Positions 31,508-41,535 are shown, counted from the stretch's first letter. The stretch is 64,000 bases of DNA from Spirochaetota bacterium (GCA_016214035.1 JACRPF010000017.1:23427-87426); one strand, 5' to 3'. A program made the numbers and translations. Notes: generated from the sequence alone by a model not told the origin.

Positions 31508-32320
31508 ATGAGCGTGCTTTTTCCGGTACTTCTCGCAAGCGGCGGTGTTCTTGCCGCGCTTATCATTTTTTTCGTCATCATTAAACTCCGCTATTACCGC
31601 ATAAAACCCAACGAAATCATCATCGTGTACGGACGCCGTCAGCATCCGGACGATATGTCCTCGGGTGACACCGCAGGTTTCCGCATCGTCGAGAACGGCG
31701 GCACTTTTGTGATCCCGCTCATCGAACGCGTAACCTCGCTCTCGCTTGCAACGATGACGATATCGTTCTCGCTCAAAGGCGTGCTCACCAAGCTCGGCGT
31801 ACCGGTAAACCTCATGGGCATTGCCGAGATTAAACTGCGCGCCGATGCAAAAGCCATCGCCAAAGCGGCACCGCTCATCCTCGACAAACCGCTTGACGAG
31901 ATCAAACGCATGGCGGTTAATATCCTCGAAGGACATCTCATCGAAGCGCTCGGCACTATCGATCCCGAGATGCTTTTCCTCAGACTGCCGGAAGTAAATA
32001 AAAAGTTCATTGAAGCATCACGCGACGATCTGCTTAAGATCGGCTATGAAACAGTAACACTCACCGTGGAAAAAGCGTGGGACGACAACGGCTACTTCGA
32101 AGCGCTCGGCAGATCGCAGCTTGCCGACGTGAAAGCGGAAGCGTCCATCGGCGAGGCGAAAGCGAATGTGAAACGGCTCAAAGCCGAACGCGATCTTGCC
32201 GAAGCCACCAAGGGCTACGAAGCCGAGATTGCGCAGTATCAGCGCATCATCAATGAGAACAGGGCAAAATCAGAACTCGCATATGAAATAGAGAAGACTA
32301 AGGCCGAACGCGGCAGATAG
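31508..32320 (+). CDS. SPFH/flotillin-family membrane protein
   Basis: N-terminal TM, PNEIIIVYGR, GGTFVIPLIE, DDNGYFEALG, EA-rich coil; AGGAG RBS. Confidence 0.88.
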   Translation: MSVLFPVLLASGGVLAALIIFFVIIKLRYYRIKPNEIIIVYGRRQHPDDMSSGDTAGFRIVENGGTFVIPLIERVTSLSLATMTISFSLKGVLTKLGVPVNLMGIAEIKLRADAKAIAKAAPLILDKPLDEIKRMAVNILEGHLIEALGTIDPEMLFLRLPEVNKKFIEASRDDLLKIGYETVTLTVEKAWDDNGYFEALGRSQLADVKAEASIGEAKANVKRLKAERDLAEATKGYEAEIAQYQRIINENRAKSELAYEIEKTKAERGR

Positions 32321-32346
32321 ACGCAGACGCGGGCTGTTTCCGGCAA

Positions 32347-33456
32347 CTACTTCTTCCGTGCGTGCAGAAGCGCATTATCCCCAATACGCTCGATATCGAA
32401 CGATGAGAAACGTATGGCATCCTTGACGACGGACGCCCCTTTCCCTTCATACGGCGACACCGCATCCTTACCGCCGATAAGCACCGGCGCAACGATCGCA
32501 AACACTTCATCAACCGCATCCGCTTCGAAAAACCGCGCTATCGTCCCGCCGCCGCCTTCAACAAGTATACTGAGGACACCGAGCCCGTAAAGCTTCAGTT
32601 TCATATCGTCAATATCCAGAGCGCCGTGTCGCTCTTTCACCGCTACGACCTTCGTGTTGGTACGTTTCTGAATAATTTTTGCGGCCCGTGCCGTCGTCAT
32701 TATCACCGCAGGACCGCCGTCATTGAACATCTCGCCGTTAAGCTTAAGTAACGCGTCCGAGCAGACAACTATACGCACCGGCATATGCCCTTTCTTTGCG
32801 CCGTAGCGTACATTCAGTTTCGGATTATCGCTGCGATACGTAGACGCGCCCACAAGCACCGCGTCCGCATAGCCGCGAAGCTCATGCGCGAACTGACGCG
32901 CCGGCAGCGAGCTTATCCATTTGGAATCGCCGGTACGCGTGGCAATTTTTCCGTCCATGCTCATCGCATATTTTACGATAACATACGGACGCTTCGTGAT
33001 GATGGCGTTGAAAAAATCGCGGTAGAAATAATCGGTCTCATCGACGAGTACACCGGCAAACGCCTTCACGCCGTTCGCCCTGAGCTTTTTTACACCAGCG
33101 CCGTTCACTTTGGGATTCCTGTCGATACTGCCGATATACACCTGCCGTAAACCTGCGGCTATTATTGCGTCACAGCACGGCGGTGTTTTCTTGCCGGGAT
33201 ACATCTTCGCGCACGGCTCAAGCGTTACGAACATATCCGCACCGCGCAGTTTCTTTCTGTCGCGCACGCTTTTCAGCGCCATCACTTCCGCGTGGTCGCT
33301 CCCGTATTTCTGCGTTGCGCCGCTTCCGATGATGCGGCCGTTACGTACGATGACGGCTCCGACTGCCGGGTTCGGCGATGTGGTTCCTTTCACGCGGTAG
33401 GCAAACGCGAATGCCTTGCGCATGAATGATTGTTGCTGGTCTTTGGTATAGCTCAT
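32347..33456 (-). CDS. ribD: Bifunctional riboflavin deaminase/reductase
   Basis: PNPAVGAV, HAE, TLEPC...PPC, SMDGKIA, SKWIS, VEGGG. Confidence 0.96.
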   Translation of the reverse strand: MSYTKDQQQSFMRKAFAFAYRVKGTTSPNPAVGAVIVRNGRIIGSGATQKYGSDHAEVMALKSVRDRKKLRGADMFVTLEPCAKMYPGKKTPPCCDAIIAAGLRQVYIGSIDRNPKVNGAGVKKLRANGVKAFAGVLVDETDYFYRDFFNAIITKRPYVIVKYAMSMDGKIATRTGDSKWISSLPARQFAHELRGYADAVLVGASTYRSDNPKLNVRYGAKKGHMPVRIVVCSDALLKLNGEMFNDGGPAVIMTTARAAKIIQKRTNTKVVAVKERHGALDIDDMKLKLYGLGVLSILVEGGGGTIARFFEADAVDEVFAIVAPVLIGGKDAVSPYEGKGASVVKDAIRFSSFDIERIGDNALLHARKK

Positions 33457-33514
33457 AATGTATGAATTATAGTATTGGTTTTTTGGGTAAAATGCAAATC
33501 ATACACTTACCACA

Positions 33515-33625
33515 GTCGTTGTCGTTGTCGGATGGAAAATATAGATTCGACTACGACATTGCTGAAACGGATATGATATCGCCCCTATCCTCCAGCTCCT
33601 TTCCCCGCCGTGCAGGGAAAGGAGC
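33515..33625. repeat. Two REP-like palindromes
   Basis: gtcgttgtcg...cgactacgac, and gctcctttccc-9 nt-gggaaaggagc preceded by cccctatcc. Confidence 0.5.
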
Positions 33626-33760
33626 GCGCCTGTTGAATGATGAAAGCCGATGCTCTTTTTATTAATTCACATTCAGGCAGGTGTAAACCAGAAGACACAA
33701 CAGCGTTCGAGCGTAAGAAGAACAATAACATAGAATTTCAATACCACCATCACTAACAAC

Positions 33761-33969
33761 AGCGCGTAATGCGAGGGAGAAATGTGTTTCTGAGCACCGC
33801 GTTTATTTGCGATATGACATCGCATTACATTACCTATAATTTGCGATAAATAAAAACGAGCGCCACGATGGCGCGATCGCGGCGAATCTGTCCACGGAAG
33901 GACAGCTGAGCCGCACACGCGGTGCGAAGAAATACATTTCCCCCGAGCTCAACCGCGCTCCCTCCCCTT
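33761..33969 (+). other. Multi-branch structured non-coding element
   Basis: ~27-bp closing stem (33775-33802 with 33917-33943) enclosing three hairpins. Confidence 0.55.
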
Positions 33970-34056
33970 ACCACCACAGATATTCATCTTGCAGAAACGG
34001 ACATTTACGTATAAACCGTATCCTGTTATTATTCTGTATCACTGCAAGGAGCTTTT

Positions 34057-36192
34057 ATGATAACCCTCGGCACCCAATATTACCGCGCACCGTTCCCCGA
34101 AAATCGCTACTGGGAACAGGACCTCAAACAGATGAAGGAATCGGGTCTTAACACCGTGCAGTTGTGGGTGCTCTGGGGATGGGTGGAAGCAAAACAGGGA
34201 ACGTATAACTTCAGCGATTATGACCGCCTTGTGGATATCGCCCAGAAATACGGCCTCGGTGTGGTGTTGAGCACCATCGCCGAGATTCATCCATACTGGA
34301 TACACGACGCCGTACCCGGCAGCGAAATGGTCACCAACATGGGCGTGAAAGTGGTGTCATCAAATCGCGGCGAATGTCATTACGGAATCACTCCCGGAGG
34401 ATGCTTCGACCATCCCGGCGTCTGGGAGCGGATGCAGTCGTTCATACGCGCAACTGCTGAGCGTTTCGGCAAAGCACCGCACCTTCGCGGCTGGGACGCA
34501 TGGAACGAACTGCGCTGGAATGTGAATGCGGACGGTCTTGTCTGTTATTGCGACAACACGCTCGCAACGTTCCGCGCGTGGCTTGAGATGCAATACGGCA
34601 CGCTCGACGGACTTAACAAAGCATGGCGCAGACGCTATAGCAGCTTCAAGGAAGTGATGCCGGGTAAGATGGTAGGACGTCCCTATACGGAGATGATGGC
34701 ATTCAACCATTTCATCACGGCGCGGGCGAACGCTCATGCCAAACTCAGATACGACACCATCAAAACTATCGATAAAATACATCCGGTCACCGTCCACGGC
34801 GCACAGCCGTCACCATATTACGCCGGCGATATGAACGCACCGCATTATGTCATGCCGCTCGACCGCGGCAACGACTGGTCGTTCGTCGAGAACACCGACG
34901 GCATGGGTTTCTCAAGCTTCCCGAAATGGGGCAATCAGGACGACACCACATTCGCCGTACGCGTTTCCATCGGCGCTTCGGCGGCGACGAGCAACAATAA
35001 ACGCATGTGGCTTTCAGAACTTCAGGGCGGTCGCTCGTCGATAGGTTTTGTGGAGCCGCATCTTGTCGTCGATGCTAAATCACAGCAGCGCTGGCTCTGG
35101 AACGGCATCGCCGGCGGAGCTGACACCGTGCTCTTCTGGTGCTGGCGCGACGAGGTCTTCGGCTGTGAGTCGAACGGTTTCGGCATCATCGGCAATGACG
35201 GCCGTCGTGACGAACGGGTTGTTGCACTCAAACGCACCGGTAAAATGCTCGTAGACCATGAAGCGCTGCTCGCTGCGTATAAACCGCTGAAAGGTTCGGT
35301 GGGTGTGCTCTTCAGTCCGCAGACGTACTATCTCTACGGCGCACAGGACGGCAAAGCGGGCAGAGTGTTCAACGCGATGGAAGGATATTGCCGCGCGCTT
35401 TCACGGCTCAACATCCCCTACACGGTGGTCGAGGAAGAGCATCTCGCCGTACTCGACGGCATCAAACTGCTCTTCATCCCGAAGACGATGGTCATCGCCG
35501 AAAAAACCGAAAAGGTCATCGAAGCGTTCATCAACAATGGCGGCACGGTTGTCTGTGAATCCGAGTTCGGCGCATTCGACACCGCCGGAGTCTATCGCTA
35601 TCCGGAAGACCGTTTTATCACCAGACTTACCGGCATCCGCGAGATTGGACGCCGTAATCTGCCGAAAGGAAACACAAAAAATAAAGACCTGCCGGCACCG
35701 GCAGCATATACGATAAACGGTATCAAAGCATCGCTCTTCCCTGCCCAGTGGATAACACCGCTCACCGGCAGCGGCACCGTGCTTGCGCGGCATGACGAAG
35801 GCGCGCTGGCGCTCGAAACACAATGCGGTAATGGCCGCGTGATAATGATCGGCACCTATCTCGGCGAGAACAATCGCGATTCGCTAGAAATGGAACGTTT
35901 TATCGGAGCAATAGTCGCAGGAGCAAAGATAGCCGCACCCGTGAGCGTCCAGTCACCCGTACCCTCCGGAAGAAATTTCGTGCAGATCATCGCCGGAAAA
36001 TCGAGCGATAAGCGTGTGGTCTTTGTGTTTTTCCCGCGAGAATGCGAATGCAAAAGCGCCGCATTATCCATGACGGACGGCTTCACCGGCGTTCTTGCCG
36101 ATGCCGTTTCGGGAGAAAATATCCGGGTCACAAATGGCCGCTGTACGGTAAAAAACACCGACCTCGCGTTTGCGATGCTGATCGAAAGCTAA
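34057..36192 (+). CDS. GH42-family beta-galactosidase
   Basis: WEQDLKQMKESGLNTV, WNE acid/base, SELQGG nucleophile, trimerisation domain; AAGGAG RBS. Confidence 0.88.
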   Translation: MITLGTQYYRAPFPENRYWEQDLKQMKESGLNTVQLWVLWGWVEAKQGTYNFSDYDRLVDIAQKYGLGVVLSTIAEIHPYWIHDAVPGSEMVTNMGVKVVSSNRGECHYGITPGGCFDHPGVWERMQSFIRATAERFGKAPHLRGWDAWNELRWNVNADGLVCYCDNTLATFRAWLEMQYGTLDGLNKAWRRRYSSFKEVMPGKMVGRPYTEMMAFNHFITARANAHAKLRYDTIKTIDKIHPVTVHGAQPSPYYAGDMNAPHYVMPLDRGNDWSFVENTDGMGFSSFPKWGNQDDTTFAVRVSIGASAATSNNKRMWLSELQGGRSSIGFVEPHLVVDAKSQQRWLWNGIAGGADTVLFWCWRDEVFGCESNGFGIIGNDGRRDERVVALKRTGKMLVDHEALLAAYKPLKGSVGVLFSPQTYYLYGAQDGKAGRVFNAMEGYCRALSRLNIPYTVVEEEHLAVLDGIKLLFIPKTMVIAEKTEKVIEAFINNGGTVVCESEFGAFDTAGVYRYPEDRFITRLTGIREIGRRNLPKGNTKNKDLPAPAAYTINGIKASLFPAQWITPLTGSGTVLARHDEGALALETQCGNGRVIMIGTYLGENNRDSLEMERFIGAIVAGAKIAAPVSVQSPVPSGRNFVQIIAGKSSDKRVVFVFFPRECECKSAALSMTDGFTGVLADAVSGENIRVTNGRCTVKNTDLAFAMLIES

Positions 36193-37313
36193 TATCGCGC
36201 TGTCATCCGCAGGCCGAGATACTCTTCCTGAATACCGAGCGCATACCGTGTGCCAGTATGTATGTTGTAGTCGAACACAAGCGGTATACCGAGCGACTTC
36301 GACATGGCGTCGTTGAACGACAACGTATAGACAATAGGCCGTACTATCTGATACACTTTATTCCCGAAGAAAAGCACAAAGAACGATGTCAGTATAAATC
36401 CGCGCTGTCTATCAAGGTCCTGGTACGTCTTATAATCCTGACTATTGCTGTAAACCGAGCCGTTTGTATATTTATAATACATAGTTGATCCGCTGCTAGA
36501 GTAAAACAGCGATGAGGTCGGGGGTATCCATTTATACTCGTCTTCCTTTGCGGATATCCCCAATTGCGTAAAGAATGCCGCCCACGCAACTACATCGACG
36601 CCGAGGCCGACAAGTCCGCCCCAGCCGTCACCCTGCGTGAATGAACCGATACCGAAACCGGGAGCTATACCGAGCCATAACGGACTCCAGAAATCCTTTT
36701 TGAATTCGCGTACCAGCTGAACCTTTTCAGCGTCAGTGATATACGGCGCTTCTTTGACTATCGTGTTGGTATTCGCAAAGATGTCATCCGCAATCAATTT
36801 TCTTACTTTCAGAAACGGCGACACACCGGACTGTACGATACGTTTACCGCCGACAAGCTGATCGACCACGCGTTTGATGGCCTTGGCAAGATCATCGAGA
36901 CCTTCTGTGGAATCGCTCACCGATTTCTCAACCTTGGACGTCTCAATATCCACCACGGTGATAATAAGATAATATTTTGCCCCGAGCTTGCTCATCGTGC
37001 CGTACATCATCTTCTGCATGTTGAGCATTTTTCCTATTTGTACCGCGCACTCGGTTGATGTGCAGCCGGACTGCTGAAACGACTGCTCCTTGAGTATCTC
37101 GTCCATCTTCCCGCGCTCGAGCACGGTATACACGTTCGCATTCACGAGTTCATTGCGAAATATCTCCGACACGGTTTTAACATCCGCAGGAGCTATGCCC
37201 GCACCGCCCTGAAATTCGATGATACCTATGTTTACCGGCTTTGCTGCGGGAGTCTGCGCCCCGAGCATTATTGACAACAACAGAAACAACGGGATGATAT
37301 GATGTGATCTCAT
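36189..37313 (-). CDS. CsgG-like domain fused to P13-like porin domain
   Basis: VLERGKMDEILKEQSFQQSGCTSTECAVQIGK (CsgG/HfaB-like); LGIAPGFGIGSFTQGD (Borrelia P13-like). Confidence 0.7.
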   Translation of the reverse strand: MRSHHIIPLFLLLSIMLGAQTPAAKPVNIGIIEFQGGAGIAPADVKTVSEIFRNELVNANVYTVLERGKMDEILKEQSFQQSGCTSTECAVQIGKMLNMQKMMYGTMSKLGAKYYLIITVVDIETSKVEKSVSDSTEGLDDLAKAIKRVVDQLVGGKRIVQSGVSPFLKVRKLIADDIFANTNTIVKEAPYITDAEKVQLVREFKKDFWSPLWLGIAPGFGIGSFTQGDGWGGLVGLGVDVVAWAAFFTQLGISAKEDEYKWIPPTSSLFYSSSGSTMYYKYTNGSVYSNSQDYKTYQDLDRQRGFILTSFFVLFFGNKVYQIVRPIVYTLSFNDAMSKSLGIPLVFDYNIHTGTRYALGIQEEYLGLRMTARY

Positions 37314-37450
37314 ACGACACTCCTTGCAATCCTGCTTCATCTGGCCTTCTTAAAGCGGATGAACGGATACAGAATCACCTGATACACACTTTACCAAATC
37401 AAAGCAGGATGTCAATAGTGCACCCCGCATCGTAAGCGTAATCGCCACTA

Positions 37451-38017
37451 TCATTTTCCCAGCAGATGTTCAACCAGTATCTTTATACCGATGCCGATGA
37501 GGATTACTCCCCCGGCAAACTCAATCTTGTTCTCAAAAAGCTTTCCGAACGCTTTGCCCGCATAGACCCCGGCGAACGACAACAGCGCTGTTGTTGCTCC
37601 GATGATGAGAACCGGCAATGCGATGCTCACTTTGAGCACGCCGAATGTCACGCCGACGGCAAGCGCATCGATACTGGTGGCTATCGCGAGTACGAACAAC
37701 GTGCGCAGCCGCATTTCGCACTTCGTATCCTTCTCCGCCTCGTCAATGACAAATGATTCGTATATCATCTTGCCGCCGATGAACGCGAGCAGTCCGAACG
37801 CCACCCAATGATCGAACGAAGTGATATAGCTTTTCAGCGTCATGCCGGCCAGCCAGCCGAGGAACGGCATAAGCGCCTGAAATCCGCCGAAAAACAGCGC
37901 CATACGGAATGCATGCCGGAAACGCATACCGCGCATGGTTACGCCGCTTGCAATTGATACCGCGAGCGCATCCATGGAAAGGCCTATCGCAATTAGAAAA
38001 AAAGTCAGTATGCCCAT
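37451..38017 (-). CDS. mntP: Manganese efflux pump MntP
   Basis: GLSMDALAVS, FQALMP, DHWVAF, ATSIDALAVG. Confidence 0.93.
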   Translation of the reverse strand: MGILTFFLIAIGLSMDALAVSIASGVTMRGMRFRHAFRMALFFGGFQALMPFLGWLAGMTLKSYITSFDHWVAFGLLAFIGGKMIYESFVIDEAEKDTKCEMRLRTLFVLAIATSIDALAVGVTFGVLKVSIALPVLIIGATTALLSFAGVYAGKAFGKLFENKIEFAGGVILIGIGIKILVEHLLGK

Positions 38018-38072
38018 TGAAAATCCTTGCGTAACGTGACGTCAGTATACAATAAGACAATGCTTTGTCCAG

Positions 38073-38912
38073 TTATTCTTTCTCCGCGGCAGTCCGATTG
38101 CCGCGCTTGGGAAGAGTTCCGTATTCCCGTTTATAGTTCGCGAGGAATGTTGCATAATTTGAAAAACCGGACAGATGCGCTGCTTCATTCGCGCTCATGT
38201 TTTTTTCGGTGATCAGTATATATGCATTCTTCAGTCTGCGTTCGGCGATATAATCAAGCGGACTTTTGCCGGTGTATTCCCTGAATCGTTTTCTGAAATG
38301 GGATTCACTCATACGGGTGATATCGGCAAGATCGCGGACCGCCATCTTTTTTTCAAAATGCCGGTTAATGTAGTCGTAAACGGACAGCAATGATTCGGCA
38401 AATGCATCCGGAGTTGCGCCTACATCAAACTGCTTTTCAAAACGCCGCACCAGGAGCACCATCACATCGGCCATCACGGCCCGTATCCTGGGCTTCCACT
38501 GAGATGCCTGCCGCTCATTTTCCCGGAACACCTCGATGATACGTGCCCCGATGACATCATCCCTGAACAGATTGGTGAACTGCGAACCGCCGAGCGTGAC
38601 AAGCCGGTAATAGCCGATATTGCCGGTAAGCGATATAAGATCGGCAAGAAAGGTATCACTCACATAAATAAAAACGGCGCGCGCTTTTGCCGTACCCGTC
38701 GACTTCGCCCGATGCGATTCATGGCGGTTGATGAGCACCATATCGCCCTTCGTAAATCCGAACACTTTGCGGTCCACATGGAATTCGCCTGTCCCGCTTT
38801 CCACCAGACCTATCTCCATGCAGTCATGAAGATGCAGGTCTTTCAATGTTCCGGGTATATCATACGAAAATATGATAAACGGGAAATCAGCGGGAAACGT
38901 CAATTCTTGCAT
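38073..38912 (-). CDS. AraC-family transcriptional regulator
   Basis: HLHDCMEI cupin; MSESHFRKRF, SGFSNYATF. Confidence 0.92.
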   Translation of the reverse strand: MQELTFPADFPFIIFSYDIPGTLKDLHLHDCMEIGLVESGTGEFHVDRKVFGFTKGDMVLINRHESHRAKSTGTAKARAVFIYVSDTFLADLISLTGNIGYYRLVTLGGSQFTNLFRDDVIGARIIEVFRENERQASQWKPRIRAVMADVMVLLVRRFEKQFDVGATPDAFAESLLSVYDYINRHFEKKMAVRDLADITRMSESHFRKRFREYTGKSPLDYIAERRLKNAYILITEKNMSANEAAHLSGFSNYATFLANYKREYGTLPKRGNRTAAEKE

Positions 38913-39014
38913 GTTTTCAGTATACCCTCAGCCGTATCTTTGTAAAGTCCATGATATTCTCAGATAATTGCATAAAATCACAGAAATAATATAGAATAAA
39001 AGGCTTCATTTTCC

Positions 39015-39044
39015 TTGACAAATTTGCCCGATTTTTCGTATACT
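39015..39044 (+). promoter_or_regulatory. sigma70 promoter for the PorV-like gene
   Basis: TTGACA-18 nt-TATACT. Confidence 0.6.
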
Positions 39045-39104
39045 GAATTCATAGTTCATTGATTGTCAATCTGGTTTACTGCCCGTGAAAACAGGCAGGA
39101 GGAT

Positions 39105-40316
39105 ATGGTTATGCGTAACATGAAAACGCTTACCGCTCTTACACTTGTACTTACATTGACCGTTGGCACTTCACTTCATCCCGCCACAAGTGATTCTTTT
39201 GACTTCCTCAATATCGGCATGGGCGGCATCTCCGCATCCATGGGGCGCGCATCGGCAGCAGATGTAAAAACAATTGAAGGTATTTATAACAATCCGGCAT
39301 CGCTTGGTTCACTCGAAGGCATGACATTCGCCGGAGCATACAACCCGTACCTGTCGATGTCGCTCTGGAACGTTGCCGGTGCCGTTGCTCTCGCAAAAGG
39401 ATTGAACGTCGCCGCCGCCGTCTACGGCCTTGCATATGATGACATCATCGGCGACATACAGTATAACGGCGATGTCGGCCGCAAGCTTCCCGCCGGGGAC
39501 ATGATAGCCAGCGTCAGCGCCGCCGCAAACCTCGGCGCACTCCTCGGTCTCCCGCTCAATATCGACATCGGGGCCAATGGAAAATACGCCTCGGAAACGC
39601 TCGATGATCTTTCACTTTCAGGCGTCATGTTCGACATCGGCGCCATCATCCGTTTTGATAATGTCTTCGGCAAGGATACGCTCTCGTTCGGCGCAACCGC
39701 AAAAAACATCGGCGTTGCCTTCTCATCGTCTCCCTCGGAGCTCGCGCTTCCCTCAACGATTGTCGCCGGAGCCGCATACGATTTCGCGGTAGGCAATTCG
39801 TTCAGCCTCAAAATGCTCACCGATATTGAAGCAAGCCTGAACAGCAATCCGCTGCGCGGCGCCATCGGCGCGGAAGCGGGACTCTTCAACCTTATATTCA
39901 TACGCGCAGGATATCTTATCGGCGGTGACGCGCGCGGCTTCACCATGGGTACCGGCATACATGTGACGCTCGGCGGCATGGCGGCACGCTTCGACTACGC
40001 ATTTATCCCGCTCGGCGATCTCGGCGCACAGCACAATATGCAGTTCGGTGTATCGTTCGGCGACAATGCGCCTGCCGCAGCGACGGCTGAGAAAAAAGCG
40101 GAAACGGCAAGGGCTTCCGCACCTGAAGCCGCAACATCGGATATGAGTGACGAAGACCTGCTGAAAGCCGGTGTTGAATATGCAAAAAATAAGGACTTGG
40201 AAAAGGCGATAAAATCGTGGAAAAAGATCGGTCCGGATTCGGAATATTACGAAAAAGCACAGCGGAACATAAAGAAGGCAAATCAGAAACTCCGCGAGGT
40301 CGAGGACGATCTCTAA
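39105..40316 (+). CDS. PorV/PorQ (UPF0164)-like outer-membrane beta-barrel with C-terminal TPR-like tail
   Basis: DFLNIGMGGISASMG, YNNPASL, FDIG...NIG, FIRAGY, FDYAF-x-PLGDLG-x-x-H; then Ala-rich linker and a helical repeat; AGGAGG RBS. Confidence 0.8.
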   Translation: MVMRNMKTLTALTLVLTLTVGTSLHPATSDSFDFLNIGMGGISASMGRASAADVKTIEGIYNNPASLGSLEGMTFAGAYNPYLSMSLWNVAGAVALAKGLNVAAAVYGLAYDDIIGDIQYNGDVGRKLPAGDMIASVSAAANLGALLGLPLNIDIGANGKYASETLDDLSLSGVMFDIGAIIRFDNVFGKDTLSFGATAKNIGVAFSSSPSELALPSTIVAGAAYDFAVGNSFSLKMLTDIEASLNSNPLRGAIGAEAGLFNLIFIRAGYLIGGDARGFTMGTGIHVTLGGMAARFDYAFIPLGDLGAQHNMQFGVSFGDNAPAAATAEKKAETARASAPEAATSDMSDEDLLKAGVEYAKNKDLEKAIKSWKKIGPDSEYYEKAQRNIKKANQKLREVEDDL

Positions 40317-41521
40317 ACGGACCGTCGTCCCGTTTCATAAACGCATTATCAGTAACCTGGGCGATAAACACGTTTGCCTATTCGATAGTTTTTCCGTTTC
40401 TGCCCATCTATCTTCATTCGATCCGCGGCATTCCGCTTGAACTGGTCGGTCTCGTATTCCCCGTCATGGGCATTGCCGCCATCATCGGTTCACCGCTGGC
40501 CGGCTTTACCGCGGACCGCTTGGACCGCAAGCAGCTTCTGATCGGCGCACCGTTCGCGCGCGGCATCACATTCATCGGCCTTGCGGTGATGGCCGCCGTA
40601 AACGCGCCGTTCTGGACATTCGTCGTACTGCTGTTCATCAATTCGTTTCTCGGCGTATTTTTTCAGAACGCGTCCGATGCGCTCATCACCGATATCGTGC
40701 CGCCAGAGCTGCGCGTCCATGCATTCAGCACGGTACGCGTCGGCCTTAATATCGGATGGATGTCCGGACCGGCTATCGGCGCTTTTCTGGCGCGCACACC
40801 GTTCTCACTCCTGTTCTTCATCACCGCGGTCTTCTGCTTCGCCGCATCGGCCATCGCACTCCGGAGCACGCGCGGTATCGTCATCCGCAAACGCCGCAAT
40901 GATATGCAGCACGTATCCCGGTCATTTTCAGCTGCCATCATGCGCGACAGGAACATGTTATTGCTGCTCGCGCTGAGCTTCGTGCTGTTTCTCACCGTAT
41001 CACAGTTCGTATCCACGCTGTCGCTCTACGCCACTGCGGTGAAGCATCTCGATAAGACACCGCTCGGATTACTTTACACGATCAACGGCGCCATGGTCAT
41101 CCTGTTCCTGGTCCCTATCAACAGACTGTTCAGACAGGTGAACATGTACCTGCGCATCGGCATCGGGGCGTTCCTGTACCTCATCGCGTACATCGGCTTC
41201 GGCCTGTCGGGGATGTGGATGCATTTCGCCGCGGCGATGATGCTCATGACCGTCGGCGAGATGCTGTCCGTCTCATGCATCGTCACCGCCGCAAGTTACT
41301 GCGCACCCGACGGCATGGTGGGGCGTTATATGGGGACGATGAACCTCGTACGGAATGTGGGCTATGCCGTGGGACCGTATATCGGCTCGCTGCTGCTCGC
41401 GCATTATACCGGAAAACCGCTCACACTCTGGATCATACTCGGTTCGTTTGCGTTCATAGCGGGCCTGGGATTTCTGGTATTCAGTCAGCATGCCCCGTCG
41501 GCGCAAACCCGCCGGATGTGA
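40217..41521 (+). CDS. MFS transporter (start uncertain)
   Basis: About 12 TMs, GFTADRLDRK motif A, NIGWMSGPAIG, GRYMG. Confidence 0.88.
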   Translation: MEKDRSGFGILRKSTAEHKEGKSETPRGRGRSLNGPSSRFINALSVTWAINTFAYSIVFPFLPIYLHSIRGIPLELVGLVFPVMGIAAIIGSPLAGFTADRLDRKQLLIGAPFARGITFIGLAVMAAVNAPFWTFVVLLFINSFLGVFFQNASDALITDIVPPELRVHAFSTVRVGLNIGWMSGPAIGAFLARTPFSLLFFITAVFCFAASAIALRSTRGIVIRKRRNDMQHVSRSFSAAIMRDRNMLLLLALSFVLFLTVSQFVSTLSLYATAVKHLDKTPLGLLYTINGAMVILFLVPINRLFRQVNMYLRIGIGAFLYLIAYIGFGLSGMWMHFAAAMMLMTVGEMLSVSCIVTAASYCAPDGMVGRYMGTMNLVRNVGYAVGPYIGSLLLAHYTGKPLTLWIILGSFAFIAGLGFLVFSQHAPSAQTRRM

Positions 41522-41535
41522 CCGCGTTCCGGCAA

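Noticed and set aside
33457-33520. FMN riboswitch upstream of ribD
   Set aside because: No RFN consensus; a promoter-like TTGCAT/TATAAT lies right before the start.
38018-38072. yybP-ykoY Mn riboswitch upstream of mntP
   Set aside because: The gap is only 55 bp, is largely occupied by a promoter and RBS, and lacks the conserved motifs.
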